Shown here: positions 49,047-58,753 of the stretch, piece after piece
Numbering within the stretch: position 1 is the stretch's first letter
How the letters are laid out: every line of letters starts with the position of its first letter
IMG/VR virus record: IMGVR_UViG_3300045988_110853
Coordinates: 4,077 to 68,076 of that record
Direction: 5' to 3' (one strand)
Source of the DNA: a virus
Length of the DNA: 64,000 nucleotides
Notes under the pieces: model-generated
Database searches by the model: none
Told to the model about the DNA's origin: nothing
Seen by the model: only the letters and a program-made list of their open reading frames with translations
Made by a program: the position numbers and the translations under genes

Positions 49047-49768
49047 ATCTTCTTACCTCCTCGCTTCTGTTTTCTTTTGATCGCGGTGTCGATCACTTTC
49101 CTGTGGACGCTCTCGATCTTCGCGGTTGGACCATTCTTCATAAACTGGTTCAGGTTCAAAGGGGCGGGGCCAAACACATCTACACAAACATTCTTGTGAT
49201 AGATGTCCGTCTCTTTGTGATTGTGGTCGTGGCCGTGAAGATTAAGAGCCCAGTCCTGCTTAATCGGTTCGTGAGAAAGCATAAGTTTCTCACCGATGAT
49301 TAAAACACCCTCATACGTTTCATCGAACAAATTATTGTCCGCGGAAACCTCCCAATACTCGAAGAGAGAGTGGAAATCATATCCCGAGTCAATAGAGTAT
49401 TTACAATCAGGATAAAGACGCTTCATTTCCATAAGCGCTTCGTCCTTTTGATATTGATCCATAGGGAACTTTTTCTTGATGATTTTGCGCTTATAGTTCT
49501 CGGAACCCGCGTCATGATTACCCTTGATAAGAACCTTATAGCCGGCGCGCAGTTTCCGCACATAGGAGGTACTGCCTACGTCCCCCAAACAAACGAGTGT
49601 GTCTTTCCGACCGGCTTTGCTATTCAACAGTTTTACAAGGTCATCATCAGAAATGCGGTCGGGGTGGCCGTTCCGCAAGTCCAGATCGCCGAAATGCCAG
49701 TCCGAAGATACCCAGACCGTCTGGCCCTCCCAGCGCATATTAAAGATTTCATAAAGTCCAGGTATCAT
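49034..49768 (-). CDS. calcineurin-like metallophosphoesterase
   Basis: DWHFG, GDVG, GNHD, GHDHNH motifs. Confidence 0.7.
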   Translation of the reverse strand: MIPGLYEIFNMRWEGQTVWVSSDWHFGDLDLRNGHPDRISDDDLVKLLNSKAGRKDTLVCLGDVGSTSYVRKLRAGYKVLIKGNHDAGSENYKRKIIKKKFPMDQYQKDEALMEMKRLYPDCKYSIDSGYDFHSLFEYWEVSADNNLFDETYEGVLIIGEKLMLSHEPIKQDWALNLHGHDHNHKETDIYHKNVCVDVFGPAPLNLNQFMKNGPTAKIESVHRKVIDTAIKRKQKRGGKKIWEK

Positions 49769-49778
49769 TTAATCCTCC

Positions 49779-50054
49779 TTAAAACGCATAGGCTTTAAAT
49801 TTATACATATAGAACTCGCCGTCCATAAGAAGAAGTCTATCAACTTCTTCTTGATAATCCACTCTCCACCAATCCGGCTTAGGGCCGGGGAGGCCACAAT
49901 ACTCAATTTGCTGAGTTTCCATAACGTCTTCTTCAATCGCGTCTTCAAGGAAAGCGAGATAAAGCTCTTGCGCTTCGGCCTCAGAAATATCTACAAAAGT
50001 CCAAGATCCGCCATTCATTTCGTTTTCAATTTTATAACAAGAAACTTCTCTCAT
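49779..50054 (-). CDS. hypothetical protein
   Basis: 91 aa ORF. Confidence 0.4.
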   Translation of the reverse strand: MREVSCYKIENEMNGGSWTFVDISEAEAQELYLAFLEDAIEEDVMETQQIEYCGLPGPKPDWWRVDYQEEVDRLLLMDGEFYMYKFKAYAF

Positions 50055-50066
50055 AACTATTTCTCC

Positions 50067-50387
50067 TTACATCTCAATCGCGTCTACAAACTCAATATAA
50101 ACGTCGTCCGCGACGTTATTCATCATATCAAGATAAGAAGTAAATCTCTTCGTCCAATCGCCGGTCATCTCACCGTGATAATGATACCAGTCATAATCAG
50201 AATCCTTCTGAATTGTCTCGAACTGATGCTCCATAAGACTATCATCGACCATATCTCGACAATATTCCATAAACATTTCCTGCATATCGGCTTCGGACGC
50301 ATTCAGGAAATAGAAATTATGGTCTCCGGCAGTATCGTAAAGAACACCAATGGAATGAATTTTAACATTAGAATTAAAAGTAGTCAT
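50067..50387 (-). CDS. hypothetical protein
   Basis: 106 aa ORF. Confidence 0.4.
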   Translation of the reverse strand: MTTFNSNVKIHSIGVLYDTAGDHNFYFLNASEADMQEMFMEYCRDMVDDSLMEHQFETIQKDSDYDWYHYHGEMTGDWTKRFTSYLDMMNNVADDVYIEFVDAIEM

Positions 50388-50411
50388 AATTTTTTATTTC
50401 CTTTCTTTACT

Positions 50412-50450
50412 TTATATATATATTATATATTATTTTTTATAAAAAATCAA
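50412..50450 (-). promoter_or_regulatory. class-A promoter
   Basis: TTGATT 50445-50450. Confidence 0.5.
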
Positions 50451-50486
50451 AAAAGGATTTACGATTTACGCAAATCCTTTTAAAGA

Positions 50487-50702
50487 TCAGAGAACGGGAG
50501 CATAATCATAATAAATAATCATATCTTCCAATGCGTCTTTATAAAGTCTCGTATCGAATTTACGACAATGGAATCGCTTTTCGACATTCTCTTCAATCGC
50601 GGACATAGTGATTTCAAGCGCATCAGACTCACTTGCATTTGTAGCGCAATAAATCTCATCGCAAGGCGCATCATAAACGAATAGAACAGGCATACGATTC
50701 AT
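50487..50702 (-). CDS. hypothetical protein
   Basis: 71 aa ORF. Confidence 0.4.
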   Translation of the reverse strand: MNRMPVLFVYDAPCDEIYCATNASESDALEITMSAIEENVEKRFHCRKFDTRLYKDALEDMIIYYDYAPVL

Positions 50703-50761
50703 ATATCATTTCCTCCATTGATTGATTTTACCCAAAATTTTTGATATAATATATTTAGAAA

Positions 50762-51013
50762 TTAAAGGAGTTCGATTACATCATTAAAAACATTTGAAAG
50801 GAACTCTTCTGCGGTTTCAGACGAGACAAGAATCCGTGTAGAAGATGTTCCACAATGCCAATCAATGTAGATGAATGAAAGCGGACCACCACCATTTTCC
50901 GCAATCTCCTCTGCGTAGGTTTTAGAATCTGCGGGACGGATCTGAACGCAGTTAATATTATCAGTGTTAATGAAATATTTAGAACCGCAGAAATTGTGTA
51001 AACTTACAATCAT
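50762..51013 (-). CDS. hypothetical protein
   Basis: 83 aa ORF. Confidence 0.4.
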   Translation of the reverse strand: MIVSLHNFCGSKYFINTDNINCVQIRPADSKTYAEEIAENGGGPLSFIYIDWHCGTSSTRILVSSETAEEFLSNVFNDVIELL

Positions 51014-51294
51014 ACGAATGCCTCCTCAAATACAAAATTTTTGAATTGTCTTAAAACCGCGGTGCCATAAGGATCACCGTCGGCAAAAGTGTATTCATAA
51101 TGAGACTTATCCTTCATATAGATTTCAAGGTCTATTCCAGGAGTCTCGGTAGAAATATCATCATCATCTGAGTTATCCATAGTGATGCGGTTAGCCACAA
51201 TTGAGATGATTTCATTTATATTAAGGAAAATGAAATCGCCATTAGACATTTTTAAATAAATTAATTCACCTTTATTCATTTTACTTCTCCACAA
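51010..51294 (-). CDS. hypothetical protein
   Basis: 94 aa ORF. Confidence 0.4.
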   Translation of the reverse strand: MWRSKMNKGELIYLKMSNGDFIFLNINEIISIVANRITMDNSDDDDISTETPGIDLEIYMKDKSHYEYTFADGDPYGTAVLRQFKNFVFEEAFV

Positions 51295-51880
51295 TATAAT
51301 CTTTGGCTACATCTGTTCCTTCTGGAATATAAAGATAAGTACGCGTTGACTTAGAACAAATGAAGAACCACTCTCTCCAATCACCGTAGCGCGGGATGCG
51401 CTTCTCAACGTGCGGAACCTGATTAGAGTAAACAATTACTGTGTCATTCACGGGGTAAGTCTTAGTGCTCGTAATGCCATCATCACTGAGCGTAAGATAA
51501 GTGTAATAGACACGTTCACCCTCGAATGCGCGGTAAGTATAGATACAGCCATCACTATCCATACTTGTTAACTCTTGGGCTTCCGCGATTTTATAATCAT
51601 ACTTGGAATAGTCTTCAATGGCGGAAGACATTAGAACTCCGCCAAACATTCCAATAGCGAGATACCAACAGACACCAATCCAAAAGGCGGGAATAATTTG
51701 GCGCGGAATGTCAACGCGGTCGCGGTAAGACCAATTGCGGAAGCGCTTGGCCTTAGGATCGGAAAGCGTGCTGTAATAGCTATAACTCACGTATGCGGAA
51801 TGGATAGCAAAAATCAGAAAAATAATTAAGGTCGGTAGAAGAAAACCGCCCACCAGCGTTTTCAAGAAGAAGATAAACAT
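51281..51880 (-). CDS. membrane protein
   Basis: 199 aa, N-terminal hydrophobic helices. Confidence 0.45.
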   Translation of the reverse strand: MFIFFLKTLVGGFLLPTLIIFLIFAIHSAYVSYSYYSTLSDPKAKRFRNWSYRDRVDIPRQIIPAFWIGVCWYLAIGMFGGVLMSSAIEDYSKYDYKIAEAQELTSMDSDGCIYTYRAFEGERVYYTYLTLSDDGITSTKTYPVNDTVIVYSNQVPHVEKRIPRYGDWREWFFICSKSTRTYLYIPEGTDVAKDYIVEK

Positions 51881-51894
51881 ATTTGAGTCCTCCT

Positions 51895-52344
51895 TTAAAT
51901 AGTAGGTTTAAGGTTGTCGCAACAATTAAAATCTCTCATACAACCATTTTCCTCAGTGAAACAAGAACAGCCTTTCTGGCAAGTCTCACGAACAATATCG
52001 GGATTACGGATATTCATAACGGACCGCATATTCCCAACGATTTCTTGCTTTTGGATCATTTTCGGCGTGTCGGGAGAATCGTTAAACGCGCAGTTCACAT
52101 TTTGTTCACAATTTGCGCATGTGCTAAGTTTTGCCCAACATTTATCGCAATAAGTGTTGCCTTGATTGTCGATAATCATTTGCTTATGGAAAATTGGAGT
52201 ATGACATGCTTTACAAGTGTAATATTCACCGCAAAGAAAATTATCGCAGATTGCATGATTTGGGTCAATTGTGTTGCCTGTGATTTGACATAATCCGGTC
52301 GTTGGTCGGTAATAACCGCAGTTATTACAATAAAAAGTCATCAT
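51895..52344 (-). CDS. Cys-rich multi-zinc-finger protein
   Basis: 149 aa with many CxxC pairs. Confidence 0.5.
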   Translation of the reverse strand: MMTFYCNNCGYYRPTTGLCQITGNTIDPNHAICDNFLCGEYYTCKACHTPIFHKQMIIDNQGNTYCDKCWAKLSTCANCEQNVNCAFNDSPDTPKMIQKQEIVGNMRSVMNIRNPDIVRETCQKGCSCFTEENGCMRDFNCCDNLKPTI

Positions 52345-52595
52345 AGCATTTTAGCAGAATATGGAGCATCTTCGCCATCAAACTTTAAAATTTTATCGGC
52401 GAGTTCGCGGTTAACGCGCAAAGGGCCATCATTAAGAGGGGTAAATGCGACAGTAATAAGACCGTCGAAATATTCTTCTGCCCAACGGCCGGCTTCTGCG
52501 AGGGTTTCCGCGAAGATAAAACCGCACGTAAATTTATCCATCTTATCACTGTCGTCCCAATAACGTGCTTCATAATAAACAGGATACTGCTTCAT
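52341..52595 (-). CDS. hypothetical protein
   Basis: 84 aa ORF. Confidence 0.4.
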   Translation of the reverse strand: MKQYPVYYEARYWDDSDKMDKFTCGFIFAETLAEAGRWAEEYFDGLITVAFTPLNDGPLRVNRELADKILKFDGEDAPYSAKML

Positions 52596-52610
52596 ATTTG
52601 TCTCCTTTCT

Positions 52611-52949
52611 TTAAGAAATTGTAGAGATTAAAAAAATCTCGGGATCATCAAGGCTTTCGATAGGGATTTTAAGAAACTTTGCGTAAGCTTCCTTCATTGT
52701 GTCATTAAGGCGATAATATTCCTGCGGTGCGATAAAGATGTTGTCAATGCGAACGGCTTCTCCCGCAGAAGACTCACCGAGAAGATAACCGAAGATAGGA
52801 TTTTCGTCGTTATCATAATCGCTTGCGCGATGCCAATAACCTTCCTCAGTAAGCTGTTCGATAGCCTCAGTCATATTTGAATAATTTTTGAGAATGTTCT
52901 TGGGAACCTTATAACCGCACACGAGCTTAGAACCAAAATCAACAGACAT
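52611..52949 (-). CDS. hypothetical protein
   Basis: 112 aa ORF after class-A promoter. Confidence 0.45.
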   Translation of the reverse strand: MSVDFGSKLVCGYKVPKNILKNYSNMTEAIEQLTEEGYWHRASDYDNDENPIFGYLLGESSAGEAVRIDNIFIAPQEYYRLNDTMKEAYAKFLKIPIESLDDPEIFLISTIS

Positions 52950-52984
52950 TATTTATCACCTTTCAATAGTTTTTCTTTATTTTA

Positions 52985-53029
52985 TATATATATTATATAT
53001 TAAAATTTAATAAAAATCAATAACGCGGT
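52985..53029 (-). promoter_or_regulatory. class-A promoter
   Basis: TTGATT 53024-53029. Confidence 0.5.
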
Positions 53030-53039
53030 TTTGTCGCCT

Positions 53040-53520
53040 TAAAGTAGTATAAAGACTGGGTTTAATGATCGGTTTACCAAAAATGGTCATTTTAAATGAA
53101 AATGGTCAAAATTTTCTATATGTTGGTCTAAAATTTCTATATTTTTGTCCGTTTTTTTCTATATTTCTGGTCAAAAAATACTGATGAAGAGATCGGATAG
53201 CGAGTATAGAGGCGGATTGAGGCAAGGGAAACCGCGTAGGCAAAAATTTTAGGTAATTTTTCATAGTTGTTTATAAAAATATTAAATAAAATAGGTAATT
53301 TTTCATAGTTCCCTATTTTTATATAGCTGTCTAAATTTTAAACAAAATAGGTAAAAATTTTAGGTAATTTTTCATAGTTCCCTATTTTTATTTAAAAATT
53401 GTAGGTAATTTTTAATAGTTAGCGATCGGTTTTACGAGAATTTTTAAGAAATTTTTCATAGTTGCCTTTAAAAATATACTTTGGGTAAAAATTGTTAAAA
53501 TTACTATTTTAGATTTGAAG
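53040..53520. repeat. origin-like region with at least two iteron families
   Basis: AGGTAATTTTTCATAGTT about 5 copies; TTCTATAT and TGGTC(A/T) direct repeats; divergent-transcription boundary. Confidence 0.5.
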
Positions 53521-53732
53521 TATATATGAAGGAGGTGGAAGTGTTGTCGGTAGAATAGAAGAGATTTCCCGCTAATGTAGATATGAATATATTAACTTTT
53601 TTAAATAATAAGAAGATAAATGGCGAGTTATACGCTTATTTATAGAGCTTATCTGAGTATGATGTTATTAATAAATAGTATAATATTTATAAGACTTATG
53701 TATTAAAAAAATGGTTGCCAATTCAAAGTAAG

Positions 53733-54176
53733 ATGTGCCAAATGCTTGGTATTAAAAGTCCTAAAACATTAAAAACGCATTTGAATTATTTAATTGAATA
53801 GGGCTATATTATTGAAGAAGAAGATAGATATATATTACCTGAGATGGAAAATATATATTTTCTTATTCCTTTACATACATTAAGATATATAAATGATAAC
53901 TGTAAAGAACATATTATAAAAATATATATTTATTTGGGATAGCGTTATAAATATGCGTTAAATAATGGAAGTTAGTATGAATTTACATTAGAGGAAATTG
54001 GAGAACATAGTGGTATAAAAGTTAAGAATAACAGCAGAGGTTATGAAATTATTAATAATGCTTTAACATTTTTATAGAATTCAGAATTGATTGATTATGT
54101 TAGTTTTTTTGATGGATAGATGTAGAAAAAGAAATTAACAAAGTTTAGTTTTGAATATAAAAATTAGAATAGGTAA
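53733..54176 (+). CDS. winged-helix replication-initiator/regulator-like protein (at least 8 in-frame TAG); start uncertain
   Basis: Only frame free of TAA/TGA; LKTHLNYLIE-TAG-GYIIEEEDRYILPEM...EEIGEHSGIKVKNNSRGYEIINNALTFL. Confidence 0.4.
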
Positions 54177-54240
54177 TTTTTAATAGTTGCCGATGAGTAT
54201 TTTAGGTAATTTTTCATAGATGCTTCGACTTAAATTAGGT
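54170..54240. repeat. second cluster of AGGTAATTTTT(C/A)ATAG iterons
   Basis: two copies flanking rep-like gene end. Confidence 0.45.
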
Positions 54241-54287
54241 AAAAAATCATAGATTATCTAAGTAATAAGTAGAGAGTGTTTTCTAAG

Positions 54288-54345
54288 TAGTTTGTATGAT
54301 ACAAACGATCGGCATTCGCCTCACTTTGTATCATACAAACGTTTG
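54288..54345. promoter_or_regulatory. two 17-bp palindromic operator-like sites upstream of 54378 gene
   Basis: GTTTGTATGATACAAAC and CTTTGTATCATACAAAC 20 nt apart. Confidence 0.45.
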
Positions 54346-54377
54346 ATTTTTAGATGAAAAGAAAGGTGATAAATAGA

Positions 54378-54662
54378 ATGGTTAATGAAGAAAGAAGAAT
54401 AAATTCTTTGGATTATGCTATGTATGAATTTTTAGATCAAATGGGTAGAACAGATTTAGCAAAAGATTTATTAGAAGGAGTTATTTAGTATCATTATGAA
54501 AATCATTATTATGGAGATAATGAGTTTGTAGAAAAATATTTAAAATGGTTTAGTTAGGGATATTTAGATAGAATAATTAAAGAAAATTATATGGAATTAA
54601 TGATAGATGAAAGTTAGAAAGATGTTTATGAAAAATATAAAGAAGAATTAGAATTAGAATAA
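54378..54662 (+). CDS. hypothetical protein (3 in-frame TAG)
   Basis: RBS aaagaaaggtg; MVNEERRINSLDYAMYEFLD-TAG-MGRTD... Confidence 0.45.
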
Positions 54663-54918
54663 AGATGATATCGGTATTATAGCTGGTAAATTATCTTTAA
54701 ATGGATTAAGAGTATATTTATTTTTAATTAATAATAATTTAAATTAGTTTGAGATAGAAGATTATGCTAATTGGTTAAATAAAGATTATGATTCTAATAG
54801 TAATAAAAGTAGAGCTATTAGAAAATCATTGAATGATGGAATATAGAATTTATTAGATAATAATTATTTAATTGAAAGAGATAAAGATAATTATATCTTA
54901 GTGTAAAAGGAGTAAAAT

Positions 54919-55182
54919 ATGAGTTATAGTTATACAGATGTAAGAGGAGGAAAAGGAAACCCTTCTATTGTTAAATTTGCCAGAGGAACGCAAGAATAGT
55001 TTGATAAGTTAGATAAGACAGGTATGATAAAACCTGATTTATATATGAAAGGTGATACTCTTTATTTAGTTATTCCTACACCAAATACTAAACCAATTAA
55101 AGTAGTATTCGACAATAATGATAATGATAAGCCTGAATCAATAGAAGAGAATCCATTCTTACAAAACTCTATTTGCTATTAA
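54919..55182 (+). CDS. hypothetical protein (1 in-frame TAG)
   Basis: RBS taaaaggagtaaaat; 87 aa. Confidence 0.45.
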
Positions 55183-55321
55183 TTAAAAATTATATTATAA
55201 TATAAATAGTAAAGAAAGAAATAAAAATTTAAAGTGAAATATACCGGGGTATATTATTCTTATGAAAAATAGGGGTATTTACTCCGGGGAACATTTCAAA
55301 AAATGAAATAAAAGTAAGGAT

Positions 55322-55714
55322 TTGAAAACTGAAATGAAATTTACGATTGAAGAATTAAAGAAGAATAATGGAGAAAAGGTAGGCGTTTTCCGTAATTGGA
55401 ATGTTATTGCAACTACCAAGAAAGAGTTCTTTAATAGAGAGAATACGCAAGGCGCGTATCTTATTTGGGACGACTGTAATAAGCTTGTATTTAACGGGAA
55501 GGTTGTTGGTAGAATTAGTGAGAATGGTAGAGTAGAGTATATCGAGAGTGAGTACCGCTATGTGAAGCCGGTCTTACAGGAGCAGGCCGCAGACAACTAC
55601 ACTGAGAAAACTGTTGCTCTTGGATCGGAAGATGTGGATCTTACTAAGCGCACACTTGCTGATGATATTCTTGATAGTGCATTTAAAATGAAATTGGAGG
55701 AGCTTTTAGCGTAA
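55322..55714 (+). CDS. hypothetical protein
   Basis: 130 aa ORF. Confidence 0.5.
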   Translation: MKTEMKFTIEELKKNNGEKVGVFRNWNVIATTKKEFFNRENTQGAYLIWDDCNKLVFNGKVVGRISENGRVEYIESEYRYVKPVLQEQAADNYTEKTVALGSEDVDLTKRTLADDILDSAFKMKLEELLA

Positions 55715-55787
55715 TGGGTATTATTTGTTTTTTACTTGGTGTTGCTGTTGGATATTGTATATGGAATGCTGGAAGAGACCGTTAATA
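55713..55787 (+). CDS. possible 24-aa hydrophobic peptide (ATGA overlap with upstream gene)
   Basis: MGIICFLLGVAVGYCIWNAGRDR. Confidence 0.2.
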
Positions 55788-55929
55788 GATCTATACTGGT
55801 TGATTCGCTTCTGGATTATTATTAAATTAATGGGTTCGGAAGGTTCGGATACTACGTATCCTCACTGTAAGGGAAAAAGAATTAAATTATAAAGAAATGG
55901 GTTGAAAACGTAGTAATATTAATAGTTGT

Positions 55930-56040
55930 TAATATTATAGAAATTACTAATATTGTTAAAGATTGTTAATATTGTTGAAAATTGCTGAAATTATTAGAAA
56001 TTGTGAAAACGTTGAAAATTGCGAATATGCCCTGCCGATC
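55930..56040. repeat. short degenerate direct repeats (GAAAATTG / TTGTTAA units)
   Basis: attgttaaagattgttaatattgttgaaaattgctgaaattattagaaattgtgaaaacgttgaaaattgcg. Confidence 0.4.
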
Positions 56041-56087
56041 GGTTTTACTAAACCACCAACCACATTTCCTCGTCTCTGTTTCCGACA

Positions 56088-56138
56088 ACCCATAAAAAAA
56101 AGAGAGACTTTTTTTAGTCTCTCTTTTTTCGTATTAGG
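56088..56138. terminator. bidirectional rho-independent terminator
   Basis: A-run, 10-bp stem AAGAGAGACT/AGTCTCTCTT with T7 loop, T-run. Confidence 0.65.
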
Positions 56139-56196
56139 CAATTCTTGGTGAAATTGTCGATTCTTAGGATGAAAAATATCTCACCCGACACATTGT

Positions 56197-56574
56197 TCAC
56201 TTATTGATGAAAGTATTCAAAAATTCGGCAATTACATCATCATCAGTTCTCTTGACCTTCTTAACCTTTACCTTCTCACTCTTGGGAAAAAGCGCGTCAA
56301 GAAGATCGTTAACCCCGGTCATAAGACCGTAGACCTCAGCAAAGATATTTTCCACATCAGATGCGGTCAACGCAGAATCCTTGTAGCCATTAAGAGCGGC
56401 ATACTCGTTAATCCGATCGGCGATTTCCTGCGCGAGCGCAGCCTTCCGACCGGCCTGCTTAGACTCCTTCTCCACCTGCTTAACCGCATCGTTCAGAGAC
56501 TTAGCCATTTCGTCCGCAATAGCCTGAGCGTCCTCACCATTTTTCAGACGAGCAATAATATCATTCATATCCAT
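56197..56574 (-). CDS. hypothetical protein
   Basis: 125 aa ORF after tandem class-A promoters. Confidence 0.5.
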   Translation of the reverse strand: MDMNDIIARLKNGEDAQAIADEMAKSLNDAVKQVEKESKQAGRKAALAQEIADRINEYAALNGYKDSALTASDVENIFAEVYGLMTGVNDLLDALFPKSEKVKVKKVKRTDDDVIAEFLNTFINK

Positions 56575-56594
56575 ATGAATACCTCTTTTCTTAT

Positions 56595-56634
56595 TTTCTA
56601 TATATATTATATACTATTTTTTTAAAAATGTCAA
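56595..56634 (-). promoter_or_regulatory. class-A promoter
   Basis: TTGACA 56629-56634. Confidence 0.55.
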
Positions 56635-56734
56635 GATTTTTTTGGACGAAAACATACGCGTGAAACAATGTAAGGGCGAAGCAATTTTTAATTAATCATA
56701 AAGGCATATGATCCTACGCGGGCTTAAAAAAGTC

Positions 56735-56773
56735 TTTTTTTATCATTATAACATATTTTTTATAAAAAGTCAA
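56735..56773 (-). promoter_or_regulatory. class-A promoter (upstream of tandem pair)
   Basis: TTGACT 56768-56773, TATAAT 56745-56750. Confidence 0.5.
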
Positions 56774-56894
56774 TTTTCGGGATTTTTTTGGGCCATATGG
56801 AGAGGTGCTAGAAGTCTGAGAAATTTTGCATATGGGTATACCGATCGGGAAATCGGCCCGCGACGTTCCACCGCGGGCCGGCCAATCCAGTGTA

Positions 56895-57509
56895 TTAGAG
56901 TCCTTGAAGCAATTCCAAAGTCTTTTCGTATCCATATTTATTTATTAATCGAGTTGTTTCAATTGTGATTTCTTTTCGATTCATTAACATCCATTTAGTA
57001 TTATCTTCCGGCGAGCCCCATCTAAGATTTTCTAATCTATTATCTGAACGATTTCCATTAATGTGATCTACAATCTGCTCTTCAAAATTAATATTTGGGT
57101 CCCAGGACTATAATACTATCCGATGTAAGCTATAAACCTAATTATCGAGAGAAACTCTAATGTATCCTTGTTTAATAGTTCCTTTTAAAATTATTTTAGT
57201 TCGTTTATTTCTTACTCGACCTAAATTAGAAACTTCATAATTCTTAGAGCAATAAGTTTCTATCCATTTTTCTCCATCTAATTCCGTAGTATCACTTCCA
57301 CGAGTAGAAAATAAAGATTTATCAACGTCTTGTTTTTCCGTGCGTTCAACTGTATAAACTGCTTTTGCTCCAATACCTGTTCTTGTAATTAAAAACCCTC
57401 GTTTTAATTGGTTTTTACAAAATAAAGGAAAATTTGTGTTAATTGTGGAGATCGCTACTCCAAAATAATCTGCTAATTCTTGTTTATTCAAAATAATCAG
57501 TCCTTTCAT
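56895..57509 (-). CDS. HNH homing endonuclease with N-terminal HTH and NUMOD4-like motif (2 in-frame TAG)
   Basis: ELADYFGVAISTI; YEVSNLGRVRN; after TAG read-through VDHINGNRSDNRLENLRW HNH motif; TAA stop. Confidence 0.55.
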
Positions 57510-57659
57510 TATTATATAAATTTCGGGATTTCATAATTTTCTATTTTTGTCCGACAATTTTTCGCAAAATTTGCTAAACCTATAATTATTCCGAAATTCC
57601 GCCCGGAGCGTCAGTGATCGGGCGGTCCATTATACCACATTTTCCGATCGGTGTCAATA

Positions 57660-57700
57660 GGCAAAACGCACAAAAAAATCAGCAGGTTTTTAGTCAACCT
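57660..57700 (-). terminator. rho-independent terminator after 57714-58124
   Basis: 11-bp stem ATCAGCAGGTT/AACCTGCTGAT then T7 on minus strand. Confidence 0.65.
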
Positions 57701-57713
57701 GCTGATTGAATAT

Positions 57714-58124
57714 TTATGCAAGAAATGCGTTTACAATTTCATCGAACACCGTGGGGTCAATGTTTACATTGAAAAAGCGGTCGTTCTTGCGGAACGCTTT
57801 CGGATAGCGTCTAATCAATTCCGCACGCAATGCGCTTTCCGCGCCCTCGGCGGGATAATCGCCACAAGAACGGATTCGGTGAATCTCAACGCGAGTGATA
57901 GAATACTTTTTCGCATACTCGCCGATTTCATCACGCAAACGGCCTACAACATCTTTTGCGGAAGTGCCTACTTTGTTAAATTCAAGTTCATTGTTGTTGT
58001 AAAACTTGAAAAAGTAAACCGCTTGAACGTCTTTCAGGTTCTCGCCACAATCGGGCATAAACTCCATAGCGACAGGGGGTCTACCGTCCTTAAAACGGCG
58101 TAGCTTAATAGTAATTTCTTCCAT
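57714..58124 (-). CDS. GIY-YIG family nuclease
   Basis: AVYFFKFYNNNELEFNKVGTS...RL motif arrangement. Confidence 0.5.
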   Translation of the reverse strand: MEEITIKLRRFKDGRPPVAMEFMPDCGENLKDVQAVYFFKFYNNNELEFNKVGTSAKDVVGRLRDEIGEYAKKYSITRVEIHRIRSCGDYPAEGAESALRAELIRRYPKAFRKNDRFFNVNIDPTVFDEIVNAFLA

Positions 58125-58145
58125 TCGCACAAAATCCTTTCTATT

Positions 58146-58180
58146 GATTGAGGTTTACCATCGTTCTCTCAACCATTTTT
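58146..58180 (-). promoter_or_regulatory. conserved 30-nt leader element (copy 1) upstream of nuclease gene
   Basis: gattgaggtttaccatcgttctctcaacc identical to 61249-61280. Confidence 0.45.
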
Positions 58181-58244
58181 TACACTTTTTTACTGATTTT
58201 TGGGTGAAAAACCGCATTTTTCAGTGGTTTTTCACCCTTTTTCA

Positions 58245-58652
58245 TCAGTTTTTGGGCTTTCGCTTCTGAATCAGGGTCAATTCGTAGTCATTTTCACCAA
58301 CATGGAACGCAATCATGCGCTCAACATTCGTGATTTCGACATTTTCACACGCATTTTCGCTGTTTTCACGCAAAAAAGTCGCAAGTTCAGCGATAATAGA
58401 GCGTTTCGTGGGGTTTTCCTTGCGCTGTCGCTTCTCAAACTTATAAGCGGTCGGCGCTTTGCGTGTTCCGGTTTTAGAATACTTGTTAGCTTCTTTGAGC
58501 TTTTCCGCGGACAGGTCAAAGTCCTTGGCGATTCCATGGTCAATGTCATCATCGTCCATGAGAATTTCTTTTGCTTCCTCGGCAGTACAATCTAACTTTT
58601 TCATCAGATTATCAATCTTTGCCTGAAAGTCCTTTTCACTCATTTTAGGCAT
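58245..58652 (-). CDS. hypothetical protein
   Basis: 135 aa ORF. Confidence 0.5.
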   Translation of the reverse strand: MPKMSEKDFQAKIDNLMKKLDCTAEEAKEILMDDDDIDHGIAKDFDLSAEKLKEANKYSKTGTRKAPTAYKFEKRQRKENPTKRSIIAELATFLRENSENACENVEITNVERMIAFHVGENDYELTLIQKRKPKN

Positions 58653-58669
58653 TTTCTTTGCCCCCTTTC

Positions 58670-58705
58670 AAGTATGATTATAACACCGCCGTAAGCAAAT
58701 GTCAA
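58670..58705 (-). promoter_or_regulatory. class-B promoter (TTGACA-N17-TATAAT)
   Basis: -35 58700-58705, -10 58677-58682. Confidence 0.55.
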
Positions 58706-58753
58706 GAGAAATTTTTGTGGGAGCGCCTATTTTTTTAGGCGCTCCCCGCTGAA

